NCBI GenBank assembly: GCA_010909165.1
Contig: VJWM01000222.1
Coordinates: 62,001 to 126,000 of the forward strand
From: Anthoceros angustus
Taxonomy: Eukaryota > Plantae > Anthocerotophyta
Direction of reading: 5' to 3'
Length of the DNA: 64,000 nt
Within the stretch, counting starts at the first letter, position 1, and each line of letters starts with the position of its first letter. The notes below the pieces were generated by a model. That model searched no databases, was not told where the DNA came from, and was given only the letters and a program-made list of their open reading frames with translations. A program made the position numbers and the translations under genes. This document shows, in pieces, positions 33,701 through 46,687 of this stretch.

Positions 33701-35504
33701 GGGCTGAGATATCAAGAGACGGGTCCACACACCTTGGGACTCCCACAGCGGCTGGGCGGTTAAATGCGTCGAAGGGCCGATCACGGAATGGGGCCAAGGC
33801 CAAGGAGCGGCTAGCACGACAAGATTGCATTGGAGGCAGCGGTGGCAGCACTTACTCGGCTAAGCCCAGCTGATGGCGGCACCTCCACCTCCAAGCCCAG
33901 GCCATTTGGCACCCGTGAGGAGGAGAGGAGGATTATGGCCCTGCACATGAGGCTGTCTTGTCCACTGTCTTGTGGATTCACGCCTGATTACCCGCCACAT
34001 GGGTGGGATGTGACTTGAAGAAGGCGCATTTGGATGTTGCGGTGGGGATCGATCCTTACTCGGCAACAAAGAGCCGAGGGCTGCCATGCCTAGATCCTTT
34101 GCTCCGCTGCCAGGCGTGGCCATCCTGTTCGTGGGCGGGATCATCCGGATGGAGGCGCCGAGTGGCGGCCTCCACATTCAGTCATGGGGCACCGCCGAAT
34201 GCTTGTGGCCGCATCTGCCACTACACTGAGCCTTGATCATAAGGTGTTGGAGACTCCTTTGATCTCCCTCCGGACATGGGAGTTGGGCGTGCTCGATTCT
34301 GACGTGCTGGGCTTGGCCTTGTTGAAACCTCCGCATGTCCCCTGGATGCAGGAGGTCCCGGACACTGGGTCCATGCATGGGGCTGCTGGGGACACCTCAA
34401 GCAGGCACACCACAGCTCCATGTTCGAGGCTGTCGGAGAGTGACTGGATTCTCAGTCCATACTCGGGGCATAGTGGAGTCTCAACGGGACTTAGCGATCC
34501 CATACTCGGGGCTGCTGAGGCCTCGGCCTTGGTCCTCAGCAGTCCACACACAGGGGTAGCGACAAAGTAGCCCCAATGCCAAGCACCTTCAGCTCCATGC
34601 AGGATCTGCGAGGAGAAACCCATCACTGGACTGCAGTCCCATACTGGGAGCTGCCGGGGCGGTGGATCCCATGGGCCTCACCACCCGGGCTGGGTATTGC
34701 CCACCACCATCGACCATGTTACGATGGTGGGAGTGAGGCAGGCCACCCTGCCATGAGGAGGCCCACTTGGAGGCGGTCGCGCTTCTGCGTCCAGTGGAGT
34801 ACTCAGAGCACCTCGCATTCAGCCCACCAATCGCATGAATGCAGTGAGCAATGCCATGGTGGACAATAGGAAGGCCATGTCACGGTGAATGGCTATGCTC
34901 CCAAGCTCTTGGACACGGGCACGTGATCATTGAGCTCTCGCCGCCAAAGTTGAACTTGCGAGGCGGCACTCCGCCATTCACCCGAACATCGGAGCCTACC
35001 GCGCTGTGGAACTGTGTGTGGAGAGGCGCTGCAGCCATCGCCATCACGCTCAAGCCGGGCAGCCCTTCCATGACATTGGCCATTCATTGCCTTGTAAACT
35101 TAACTCGATGTCCTTCTCGGACAGGAGTTTTTGTTTCCACCGCATCAGCGTGGACAATTGGACAGACAAGCTCACCACGATTGGCGTGTGGAGGTCGACA
35201 GCGCACTTTCCCTGAATCGCATGGCGGATTGGACACCAAGGTCGCCCTTGTCCTAGCTACTCCAGTCTATATGGCGACCATTCGGGCTGTCCCGGTGCTC
35301 ACGACACCAGCATTTGAGTGACATGGAGCTTGCCGACGGATCCGAGATCACGAGGCCGACCATTTGGTCACAGCCGGCTGCCTGGAGACACTCCACCATC
35401 ATTCAAAGTGTCCGACCTGACAGCAAGCTCTTCCACGAGTGCAGCAAGCTACGTAACCAGCCTCCCCTTGGGCTGACGAGGCATCCTCCACCACGGTGAG
35501 CAAT

Positions 35505-38500
35505 AGATCATCACGTGGGCGCCCACTGCATTACCTGCTTGGGGGTATTTGCACGTGTCTGGAGGCTCTTGCTGAATGGCATCTTGGTCGTCGTTACATT
35601 CTGTGGCTGTTGTCCCAAGGCGCAATGCATTGCGCACCTTGGGGCTGGCGTGATTCACTACCCCCGCCACTATCTGCACCTTTTCATTTTCGGTGCCCAA
35701 GACATCCAGTTGTGCCAGGCCACATTCGACTCCCTGCCCCATCCACTGATTCGGGATGGGAATGGGAGAACACGATAATTTTGAAGGGGATATCATTGCC
35801 GGCGACACCTTGTCACGAAGAACACCTTACCTAGAGCGACATATGTGCCCTACTTTGATAATGCACACACCCTTTACGAGGTCATATCTTTGATAAAAGA
35901 TGCACTTTCAAGTCTACACCGAGCTGAGCACTAGGGTGTGGGCCCGTTGCGTTTAGTAGAATGCATAGAGGGCTGCCATTTCATATCATATGAAAACTTT
36001 TACTTTCAAGTGGTGGAACACAATGAAAACAATCTGTACTAGCGAGTCTCATTTAAGTGGTCGTGAGAACATTGCAACAAACAAGCTGCTGAAGGAGAAG
36101 TGGTCATCGGCATCGACAATAGCCATTCAAGAGTGCGGCTGGCGACTCATCCATGCCTTGCGGCGGAGTCAAGTACCACCGCCATATTCGGGTCCATATC
36201 CTCCGCCTCGAAGTTGTCGTTCTCCTCCATTGCTTGCTTCTAGTATCATTCTTGGGCCCGTCCGGTGTCGGCCACCACATCTAGGGTCTGCGACCCTCAT
36301 CCAAAAAGGTCGTCGTGGTCTTCAACCTTCGGCACTCAATGCAACCACTTGGGCTTTAAGGCAATGCTAGCGTCCTTAAAATGAACAAAGTTAGTTGCCC
36401 ATGCGCCATGCAAGCATCCTTAAAATCAACAAAATTGAACTGTTGAGGAGGCAGAGGTTTGAACACGAAACCTATTCATTACTACACTTATTTCCCAAAC
36501 ACTAGACCAACAATGAGTTGAATACTGAGGCGCTAAATATTTATTTTGGAAGGCGCCTAGGAGGAGGCCATGGGCAGGCATGGCGTGTGCTAAGGGCAGG
36601 CAGTGTGCTGGGGAGGCGGGCGGCCGGCGCATGGGCGGGGTTGCTAGGGGCGGCCCGGCGCATGTGTGCTAGGGAGGCGCCCGGCCCGGCGCCATGGCGG
36701 CGGGCGTGTTGGGGGGGCGTGGCCCGGCCCGTGTGTGCTAGGGGCGCCCGGCCCATAGCAGTGTGCTAGGGAGGCGGCGGCCGGCGAGCATGGAGGCGCG
36801 GTCGTGGCGCCCTCCCTCATCCTGGTGCATCTGGGTGAAGCTAGGGGGACAAAAGAGGGGCGGTATCCTATCACCGATGGAAGGTGTGGCCCATTTGCGG
36901 GAAGGGTTAAAAGATTTGCGTCCATAGGTGGTGTTGTTGAAGAGTATAAGTGGTGGGAAGCCTTTTGTTGGACGGAAGGAGATTGCTATCGTTGTGGAGA
37001 ATAACATTGGGCTAGTGCTACTGTCCTTGGAAGTGGTTTTCACGTGCAGTGGATCATCTGACTGACCACTTCAAGTGCGGATGAAGCTTTGCTAGATGAG
37101 GCATTATTGAGGACCTCCACGGTGATATGTATTTGGGGGCATATCAAAATGCGGGAAGGCAAGCTGCGGAAATGGCACGGATGAATGGGGACATAGAAAT
37201 CCGAGAGGATGTTTACGGCGGTGCCGTGCAATACGGACATGCATCCATTACGGATTGGGGAGGTCATTGGCGTGAAGCTAAGCGCACCACGACCTCACTT
37301 TCTTATCCACTAGTATCGGACCGAGCACATAGATGCGTATGAAGGGAGATATGTGCGAGGAACACATAGTCATGGTGGTAACCCATCGGTCCAATCTTAG
37401 GAAAAAGGGAATAAGATCCATTACCTAAAAACATCTGAGGTATTTGTAGATGAAACGGTCATCACTGTATTATGGGTTTTGTGTTGAGCATGGAAACATC
37501 GTATGCGGTGGACAAAAGCGATAAGGGATAAGCTCTGCGAGTTCGTGGCTTCATACAACTGCGGTGAAAGTGTCGTGAAGATAGTGATGACAATGGAGGA
37601 GAAAATTTGGACCAAGTGATGACGATGGATTGAACTACGGGGATGAGTGGCGAAATCTCGTTTTCCGGGGTCCCGAGTTAATGTTGTAAGTCCGGTTCTT
37701 GATGTTTACATGTTAGGAAATACCACACTGTGTGGCTTTTGTGGTGTCATAACAAAACCACATTTCCATCCCAAAAGCGAGTTCTGATCGTCTGCGGCGA
37801 GCAGCCTTCCTCACCGTTCCTACTTTGCATCATTCCCTAGGTTCGAGTTTGCGACCACCATTCGACACAAACATTCTTTGGATGGAAAGTAGTAACTTTC
37901 TTTGGGTGACACCCTTTTTGAATTTGTTTTCCGCAATGCCTTCATGTTGTTTAGGGCCCATCAAAACCCCTTGATTATTTGCGGAAAACCCTCCGAGATT
38001 ATTCACCCCTTAAAATTATCGTGTTCAGGATTTTCTCAAGCCGACAGGGGAGGATTACAAGATCCACGAACCGCCTTGTTTGGGACCTTCACCGCATCTT
38101 GGTGGATGTTCGAGCACTTGACCGGCCGCTTACTGCCGGAGAACTGGACACTTTGGACACTCGGATGCAAGTTAAGCAAGACATGGCCATCATCCAAGCC
38201 ATGAGGGCACGCCCTTGCTCATGGATGCCGCCCGTTGGCGTTTGCTCATCGCTGCGAAACTATTGGACCAACGGCCTCAACCTTTGCTAGAGTTGGTGAT
38301 CACCCGCACTACTCTGGGACCCCACTCCAGCTCTCAATGTGTTGGACCCTTGGCATCACCACGGGTGGCAGAAAGGTGCCGTGCACTGGTATCAAGACCG
38401 CCACAGCGGGACAGCTGGCACCCTTCCCACCCTAGTGAGCTTTCACGGCTCCTATGCCAGGGACAAGGCGGGTCTGCTATTCAACATACCCACGGTGGGA

Positions 38501-38640
38501 GGAGCCCAATGTGGAGGGCGGGGAGCGTCATGGGTTTCCACACCCATGCCTGCTGCGACTCCCAAATTACCAGCGTCACCGGCCGCCTTGGGCCGCTATG
38601 GACCTGTCTGACCCTCACTTGGCTCCTTGACATGCAGCCT
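35505..38640 (+). pseudogene. DNMT3-like methyltransferase of copy B, split at motif IV
   Basis: 5' part: LLGGICTCLEAL/LLNGILV..Y...CPKAQCIA, QDIQ, GW(E). 3' part resumes AGGATTTTCTCAAGCC...GLQDPRTALF...RNYWTN...GFHTHA. Confidence 0.85.
35768..38026. mobile_element. 2.26-kb insertion with about 21-bp terminal inverted repeats (probable non-autonomous DNA transposon)
   Basis: Left end GAACACGATAATTTTGAAGGGG; right end CCCCTTAAAATTATCGTGTTC (reverse complement GAACACGATAATTTTAAGGGG). Absent from the other methyltransferase copies. No transposase recognised. GC-rich internal repeat at 36545-36830. Confidence 0.78.
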
Positions 38641-41600
38641 TTCGGCTGTGGCATTCCAGGAGCTCCCACCCGCCCAAGGTCGCTTTTCCCACATGCTGGC
38701 GCTTCGTATTTGTCATTTGCCCTTCCCGGGATACACCACTGGTCATATTGATGCGGGAGGCGAGTGGCATGGCCATCCGATGCATTCTCAGCATCAAGCT
38801 CGTGGACATGGGAAGTGAATACTCGGGGCGATCCGAGTATGGGATCGCAGGGGAGTATGGGAACGATTCGAGTAGGGACTCCCAATTCACCGGCACCCAA
38901 GCCTCGCTTATGAGACTTTCAGTTGGTCATGGGGCCCCAACTCACAACAGGCACGAGATACATGCCCTTTGCTCCAATACCGTGTTTTGCCTTCTCCATG
39001 CGAGAATTGAGCGATGCAATGTGACCACCTTCCGCATCAATCGACCAGCAAGGAGCCTATCTACGAGGCGCCAGCTCCAAAGCCGAGTGGGACATGGTGG
39101 ATGCACGTCAAGAGTTGCTTGAAGCCGGGCTCATTCGCCCTCTAGCTCCGATTATCGCGCCAGTGATGCCTCCCAAGAAGGACAGACGGATGTGGGCAGA
39201 GAAGAGGATGTCTCGGAGACTACCGTCCTATCAACTCGGTGACAGCCCGGGATCGGTACCCCATGCCAACGCCGGAGGAGATTTTTACAACATTGGCAAG
39301 TCTACCTACTTCTCGATTTTGGATCTGCGTCAAAGGCTTCACATTTTGTTGCTGAAGAGGACATCAAGAAGACAGCCTTCCACGGCTCTCAGCAATGGGA
39401 ATGGCTGGTGATGCCTTTGGCTTCAAGAACAGCGGTGACATTCCGGTAGCGTAATGGACATAGTACTTGCGAGGTTCTGAACCTCATGTGCTACATTGAT
39501 GATGTCCTGGTCCACGCGAGGACTTTGAGTCTCATTTGGTGCACCTGGAAGATCTGTTCAAGAGATTGCGAAGCGATTGACATGTCACCCGCCAAGTGTG
39601 AATTTGGCATGGACACCGTGGCATACCTTGGTCATAGGGTCATGCACAGGCGGCGTAATGCCTCATGCTGCCAAGGTACAGGCCATCTTGCGGTCACGAG
39701 CCCACAAACCTCTACGCCTTGCGAGCTTTCCTCGGCCTATGCAACTATTACCGAGTATACATTCGGACTTGAGAATTGCCAAGCTGAATGACTTGTCATG
39801 CGGAAGGATGTTGTTTGGGCACACGAGAAGACCCAGCAAGCTTTGACACCTGGCGGAAGCTTGACGGAAGCTCCCCGACTGACTTCTCCAAGCCGTTTGT
39901 GGTACATACAGTTGGAGCATCTTAGCCTAGGGGCATGCTAGCCCAACAAGATGAAGATGGAAAGGAGCGGGTGGTTGCGTATGCTTCACGCAGCAACAAT
40001 CGTGCTGAAGCCAACTACGATAGCTACCAAGGGGAGTGTCTAGCTGTATGGGCGGTTTGTCATTTGAGGCCCTACACATGGCAAGCCCTTCACGCTGTCA
40101 TGACCATCAGCCCCTCAAATGGCTGATGACCAACACCAAGTTGAGTGGGAAGCTTGCAAGGTGGGCCATGATCTTGCAGGACTATGAATTTCAAGTGGTG
40201 CATCGAAGAGTCACACACCAAAATCACGGACACTCTCTCGGAATCCCGGTGCTAGTTGCGAAGATGTTAGAAGCGAGGCAGGACCAAGATGATGGATCGC
40301 AGCATGTGCCGTGGCTGCGATGGTGGCTGACAAGCACAGGTGGCTTTGTCGGGGCAGTATGGGGCATCCAGTATGACGAGGATCCTTAGCATTGAGCACA
40401 TATCTTTGGGGAAGGAGGGTCATCCATGGGACACTCTATTTGTCCAGGGGAGTTTGGATCAGCCATTGAGCATGAGCAAGAAAGAATTCGCCGGTAGCGC
40501 TTCCAAGTATCAATGGCGTGATGGGCATTTCTTGAGGAGGCGACCAATGGGCTGGAACGATTGGTGCCACCACTGGCGATAGGGAGCAGCTCATCGTGCA
40601 GTGCGATGACATGGGCCATTTGAGTCAAGCGTGCTACAGTTTGCTCCTCCCATTTCCATTGGCAAGGGATGTCGCCCAAGTCAAGCGGGTGGCTTTGTGC
40701 AAGGCTGCGCAGGTGAAGACCTCCTTCACCATCCGGAACCCTCATGCACCTTTGCCTATCATGGGTATTCTTTAGGTGGTCTTGTGACTTGTTGGGTGAA
40801 CTACCCAAGACACCACGAGGGCGTGTACATTCTCGTCATGATGGAGCACTTCTCCAAGTGGGTGGAGGTGGGTGGCCTGCCGGACAAGAGCTCCAAAAGC
40901 ACCGCTCGAGCCTTTCTTGAGAATGTCTTTGAGTCGCTTTGGGAGGCCGTGCTTGTGGATCGAGGGGTGCAATTTCGAGGGAATTCCAAGACCCCTCTGG
41001 ATCGCGCTCATCGACCATCGCAGACCAGCCGAGACCATCCTCGGCTGATGGCCTGGCTGAGCGGATGTGCAGACCATCAAGAAGGGTCTAAGGAAGCTAC
41101 GCCTTCAAATGCCCAAAGGCAGTGGGACTTGGCTCTTCCTTACATCGCCATGGGCTCTGCGTATGAGTCGGCATGCCTCCTTGGCGCATTTCAGTCCCTA
41201 CTTCTTGCTGTTTGGGAGGGAACCCATGCCTAGCTCAATTGCCAAGCAACTCTATGAGGTAGTGGATCTGGATGATCCAATGAGCATGTGGGTCATTGGT
41301 CGGTGCCTGTTTGACAAGCCATGCCGATGGCCATAGCTAATTTGAGGATTGCCCAACATCGGGACACCCTTAGATATGCCCACACTCGTGGCGACTTCGG
41401 ACAAGCTCAAGAAATTTCGGTGGGGACTTTGTTTACTTGCGAGCAAGTGGGAGACACCTTGACACCACCACGACATGTGTGCGAGTTCGGAGGTCAAGGA
41501 GAATGGTGTGCTAGTGCTACAAGGATCGAGATGGACGTACCACCAAGGATCACATGAAAAATTGTGCTTGCCATTTGCCCAACTGGATCCAACCATTGTC

Positions 41601-44362
41601 ACGCGTGATTGGGTACCTCGGTGATTACCCATGCAGTTGCGGGAGGACGACACGGATCATTTGCTTGCGACCTGTAGCAATGGATACCACCTATTTTGCT
41701 TCTGACCGCCTCTCTCAGGTGCGGGCGGTTGGTATTGTCCACTATGTGCTGCCTCTCCGGCTGCTCCCGCGGCACACAAGCTTCAATGGTCGGGGTAGGA
41801 GCGATGCTCTCCCGGCATACTTTGTTCTTTGCAAGGGGACCTTTTGCGGACTCATACTGGGCGCCAAACTTTGGCCCAATTAGGGCTGATCCGAATCTTG
41901 GAGCGATAAGTGGGCATGCAGGGAGGCAAGGAAGACTATCCATGATGGGACATGGCGCCACATGGGATCGGCCATGGGACATGGCATCCACGACCGGATT
42001 CGGGGCCGACCATGATGCATGGCGGGTCCACCGGAATGCCGGGGCTATGCCAGGACATGGCGATCCACGATCCTCACTAAGATTGGTGGAGTTGCCCGAG
42101 ACAAGCTCATACTGGACACCGGGACTCCCAAACTTTTCACGCGTTTCACGCGGTATGTCGAGGAGGTTGCCAAGACCCGGCCTGTTATGGTACATGGCGG
42201 TCCACAGTAGGGGCAGTATGTCCTGACCATGACATGGCCCAGGGGCAGTAGGGATTGCATAGTACATGGCGATCCCACACCGGGGCTGCCCATCGCCATG
42301 GGACATGGCAGTCCCGGCCGGCTGCGGGGCTGTCGCCATAGGACATGGCGATCCCACAAGTAGGGCGGCCAGTTGGGCAGCCATGGGACATTGCGATCCA
42401 CGGTAGGCTGCCGGGGCTACCGGGCGTCGCAACCCAACGCCCAAGGACTAGAATGCACACAAAAGAATGTGAACTTGATGTATGTTTGTTTTATAAACTA
42501 CGTTTGGTTGGTCATTTTTTAACCAAGAACATGTCCTTTATTTTGATTGGCCCATAGTCAAGGATGCATTTCCTTTAAATACTGCGTTATAGAAAATAGA
42601 TCCGTTATGAGCGGATAAGTAGGTCAGGCTAGACAAAGCCACTTAGCTATAGGTGTGAAAGGGCTAAGTATAGGCCCCAAATGCTGCGTGTGTTCAACGT
42701 GGGAGGAAGAACCAAGCGTGAGGTTGCTTTTGCATCATGGCGCAAAGCGGTGGAGAAAGTGGCGGGCGTGAGATGATGGACCGGCGTGAGGATGAGGACC
42801 CGTGGCGGATCAGGGTTTCGATCTTGGTCGTGCACAGGCCTTGGCTAGTTGGGGAACCAAAGCACTTTGTGAATCATAGCAATCCATGAATCGCGTGTAG
42901 ATCTGCGTTTTGCTCGCATGTGTCTCTCAAGGCGCCAAGGCGTGATTCTGAGACTCCCGGCCGGTATGGCCCAGGCTGGCAAAGCTTCAAGAAAACCACG
43001 ATTCACGCACCCATTCGGAAAATTCGGCTAGGAGCGGATGCTCGGCATACTTTGTTCTTTGCAGGGGACCTTTCGGACTCATACTCGGCCGAAACTTTGG
43101 CGGTCAGCTCGTGATCCGAATCTTGGTTGCCGATAAGTGGGCGGTAACGAGGCAAGGAAGCCACAACGGTTGTCCTGCCATGGGACATGGGATTCTGGCC
43201 GGGGCTGGGGCTGTCTGACCATGGGACGCCATGGTCCTGACACCGGGACCGTCTCATGATACATGGCGATCCACGGCCATGATCTGCATTTGCAACCAGG
43301 ACATGGCAATCCACAATCCTCACAGCTAAGATTGTGGTGAATTGCCCGAGACAAGCTCATACTCGGGACAGGACTCCCAAACTTTTCACGTTTGCACAGG
43401 TCTCTTATACATCCAACGCGGATCTCCACGACTCACTCCTCCTCGTCTGTACAGAAAATATGGCCCACTACCACAGTGGCTCACCAATTCCGGTAACTCT
43501 GACTCGCATGAACCTCAAAACATCCATACTAACCAGAAAGAGCCCTTGACTGCCGATGTCGCGCTTGTCATGCTTTGTTGGCTGGCCGGGGAAATGAAGC
43601 ACCTAAGACTCTGTATTTTGACTAGGGCGCATCACAGGCATAAGCCACAGATCTTTGAAATAAAATGAATCTTGGACATCTAGGGCATAAGCCACGATCT
43701 TTGAAGTGTGATGATGTCATGTACATGGCCATGGATGGCACACATGACATGTATGCTCATGTATGCATGTGTGTGCCATGTGCATGTATCGTATGGAGAT
43801 GAAGGATGACATGTGATGTGGCGGTGATGTGTCATGGCGCATGCTATATGCATGGTATGCATGTAGTATGCTATAGCGCATATATAGATAGATTTATATT
43901 AGAAAATACATAAAAATCATAAATCAAGGAAAAGGCGAATAGGCTGTTAAACACATAAAATATTATTATTTGAAGGCCAAGGAAAGTAGGATTATAAAGT
44001 GCCCACCATCGATATGGGTGGACACTTCATCGAGAACTCTGGGGTTTTGCCTATATGTAGGCACCCATGGATTCTCGGATTGTTGATGTTTGTCTTGTTC
44101 TAATAGACAGCCATACTTTCCCTGTGTCTTTGTCTCCTAGAGGTTCTTGTGGTTCGTTGCATTGTCGAGTTGGGAGAATTTTCCATCTTGATTTCACCAC
44201 ATCCTCCTTGTTGGGGACTAAGATCTGATCTTGGAGGCGTAGTGCGGAGATTGGAGGAAGAGGCGGAGTCGTCCATCCAACCAGGAGGCAGTGCGATCCG
44301 AGAAGGTTGAGTGTTGCAGCACTAAGAGATAGGCTGATGTTTTCGATGGAGAATTGCCATTG

Positions 44363-45850
44363 ATTATACACGCTGCTTTATGAAACATCATCGCCTAATC
44401 GGTCACCAAGGCCCCGGCCGGGCTCACTTTTGTAGCATGCTTCAGCCCACGGCAGGCCGGCAAGGGCCCGCCTCGTCGTAACATCCTCCCCACTTAAGAG
44501 GCTGGTCCTCCGTGCCTCGCCGGGCTTAGGCGAGGAACAATGTAAAAATCTTGGCTCCCAAGTGGTCAAGAATCGGTTCGTGGCTCCACCCAACAAGGTA
44601 ATCTCCCTGCTTCAAGCTTGCGCTGGGCAAGGATTCTGCCTGTTGGGAAGGAGGAGAGGTCTGCACTACCGGTAGGCTGGCCGACGGTGATGGGAAACAT
44701 GGTGGTGTGGACTGGGATGAACCGTGGAAGAAGGGAATGGAGTGGCTGGAGGATCGAGGAGATGGGCCGCCGGAATAAGCAACATACTAACATGGAAGGT
44801 CCGCACATGCGCCATCACTGGAAGGTCGAGGGTATAAGCCATGATTCACTTGAAGATGGGAAGGGTCCCAAACGGTATGCGATAATGATCGGTGGTACTG
44901 TGGGGACTGACACGTAACTGCACTCTGCCCTACCGCATATGTGACCTCACGTTGTTTGTTCTTGATCTTGGCTACCTGCCTCAGGCCGCAAGTAGATTCT
45001 TCTTAGCCCGGCCGACTTGTGGTATATGTCTTCACCCAAGACTCCTCCACTTTCGCTACTGGTTGGCCATAATCCCGGAGGTGGTGGGTTGGCTCCATAC
45101 AAGAATTGAAGGGTGAGGCACTGTCAAGATGCTTGGAGGTATTGTAAGCAAACTCCAACATAGGTAATGTCCTCCCATAATCCTTGCTTCTCCTGCATAG
45201 TGACGCAACATGTCTTCTAGCACTCAGACCGCCTCACCGACCATCGGATTCGGATGGTGGTGGAGCTCGATGAATGCCGAGGGTCTCGAATGTCTTCCAA
45301 CCTCTGAATTTCGGATCCTCGTCAAACGATGTCTATGCATCCATGTAGCTAAAATCTCGCGACGAAGATGGCCGCCACTGGCCGTGACCTGAATGGACGT
45401 AAAATGACAAAGATTGAAAGTCCGCATGACGACCCATATGGCGCTCCTTTCCAGTCAGTCCATGGGTGGTGACAAAGTCCATAGAACGGATCGAATCGCC
45501 TTCGTGTATGTGTAAACAACAACCCGGCGATTGACGTTTTGCCTTTGGCAGTGAGACAAACAACCCACGGATACCCTCCGCATGTTGGTCCAAGAGAAGT
45601 GTGTCTTCACGCTCATACGCCTTATCTATTCCGAGATGTCCCGAGATGGGAGAATCGTGCAAATCGATGATTCCCCGCTAAGTTCCATCATGTGTCCTCG
45701 ATAACCGTTTTACGGTAAACGCAATCCTTCGTTGGTAGGTTTGCATAAGGCTGTCAACTCCGCTGCATCCTCGGACTAACTGGTCGATGGTTTGCGGTGG
45801 TAGATCATCCGGAATCGCATCACGGATCACCGGATGGTTTCGACCGCGTG
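44363..45850 (-). mobile_element. Partial second copy of chromovirus family 1 (inner part of 3' LTR, PPT, chromodomain, integrase)
   Basis: GTAACA-TCCTCCCCACTTAAGAGG at 44478-44501 matches 2037-2060. 44500-45850 is collinear with 2060-3490. Confidence 0.85.
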
Positions 45851-46687
45851 ATTGTGGTCCGCCTCCCGCCGAGCATCCGAATCAGATTTGCCGAGCCGCG
45901 AGGTACTTGATTTCCATGGATTCGCGATTCACCAAAGTGCTTTGGTTCTAGCGTGGCAGCTCAGTGTGATTTTGAAGGCGGAAACCTGCTGGGATCCCCT
46001 CGCCTCGCGGTCCTCATCTCACGCTGGTCGTCATCCTCACGCCCGGCAGCACGAGTCCTCAGGCTGCATTTGCCGTGGTCTGAGCTCACTCAGTTTCTCC
46101 CGTTGAACACATGACATTTGGGCCCTATATGGCCCTTTCACCCTATAGCTAGCCTTTGTTCTTGACTCTTGGTTCTACTTGGATCTATTTTCTAGAGCAG
46201 TATTTAAAATGCATGTGGACTATGGGCCAATCAAAATAAAGGAGACATATTCTTGGTTAAAAATGGGCAGCTAGGCGTGGTTTATAAAACAAACATACAT
46301 CAACCGCATTCTTTTAGTGTTGTACCTTAGTCCTTGTGTTTAGCGTTGGGCTGGTCATTGCAGTCCGGCGATCGGCAGTCGTGATCCGGTTGTGGGGCTG
46401 TCCAATATCTCAGCTGGCCAGCCCAATCACATCCGTGTATCATTGTGGGGCCATGTCCACATAGGTAGGACAATCAAAGCGATCCGGCGCCTTAGGTGGA
46501 CGCCATGTCCCATGGGCTGGGGCAGATCCGGCGTAGTCCAGTGCATGGGGCGCCATGTTCTGTCGTGTGGGGCAGGTCCCAATTTGTCAGTGTGCGCTAC
46601 CATGTCCCATTTGTGGGGCCGATCATTTGTCCAGGCGTACGCCATCATACTCTCATAACGAGGCGGTCTTGGCAACCTCGAGACCTT

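Larger units (their letters stand above)
30785..43398 (+). mobile_element. DNMT/PHD Gypsy family 2, copy B (leader to tandem 3' LTRs), interrupted by a TIR element
   Basis: Leader 30785-31650, Gag about 32850-33870, protease about 34820-35210, methyltransferase 35505-35767 plus 38027-38640, RT about 39000-39830, RNase H about 39870-40240, integrase about 40560-41240, PHD about 41620-41755, LTRs 41805-42149 and 43039-43398. Confidence 0.87.

Noticed and set aside
35990-37620. Transposase inside the TIR insertion
   Set aside because: Only short ORFs without a DDE or DNA-binding signature that I can recognise.
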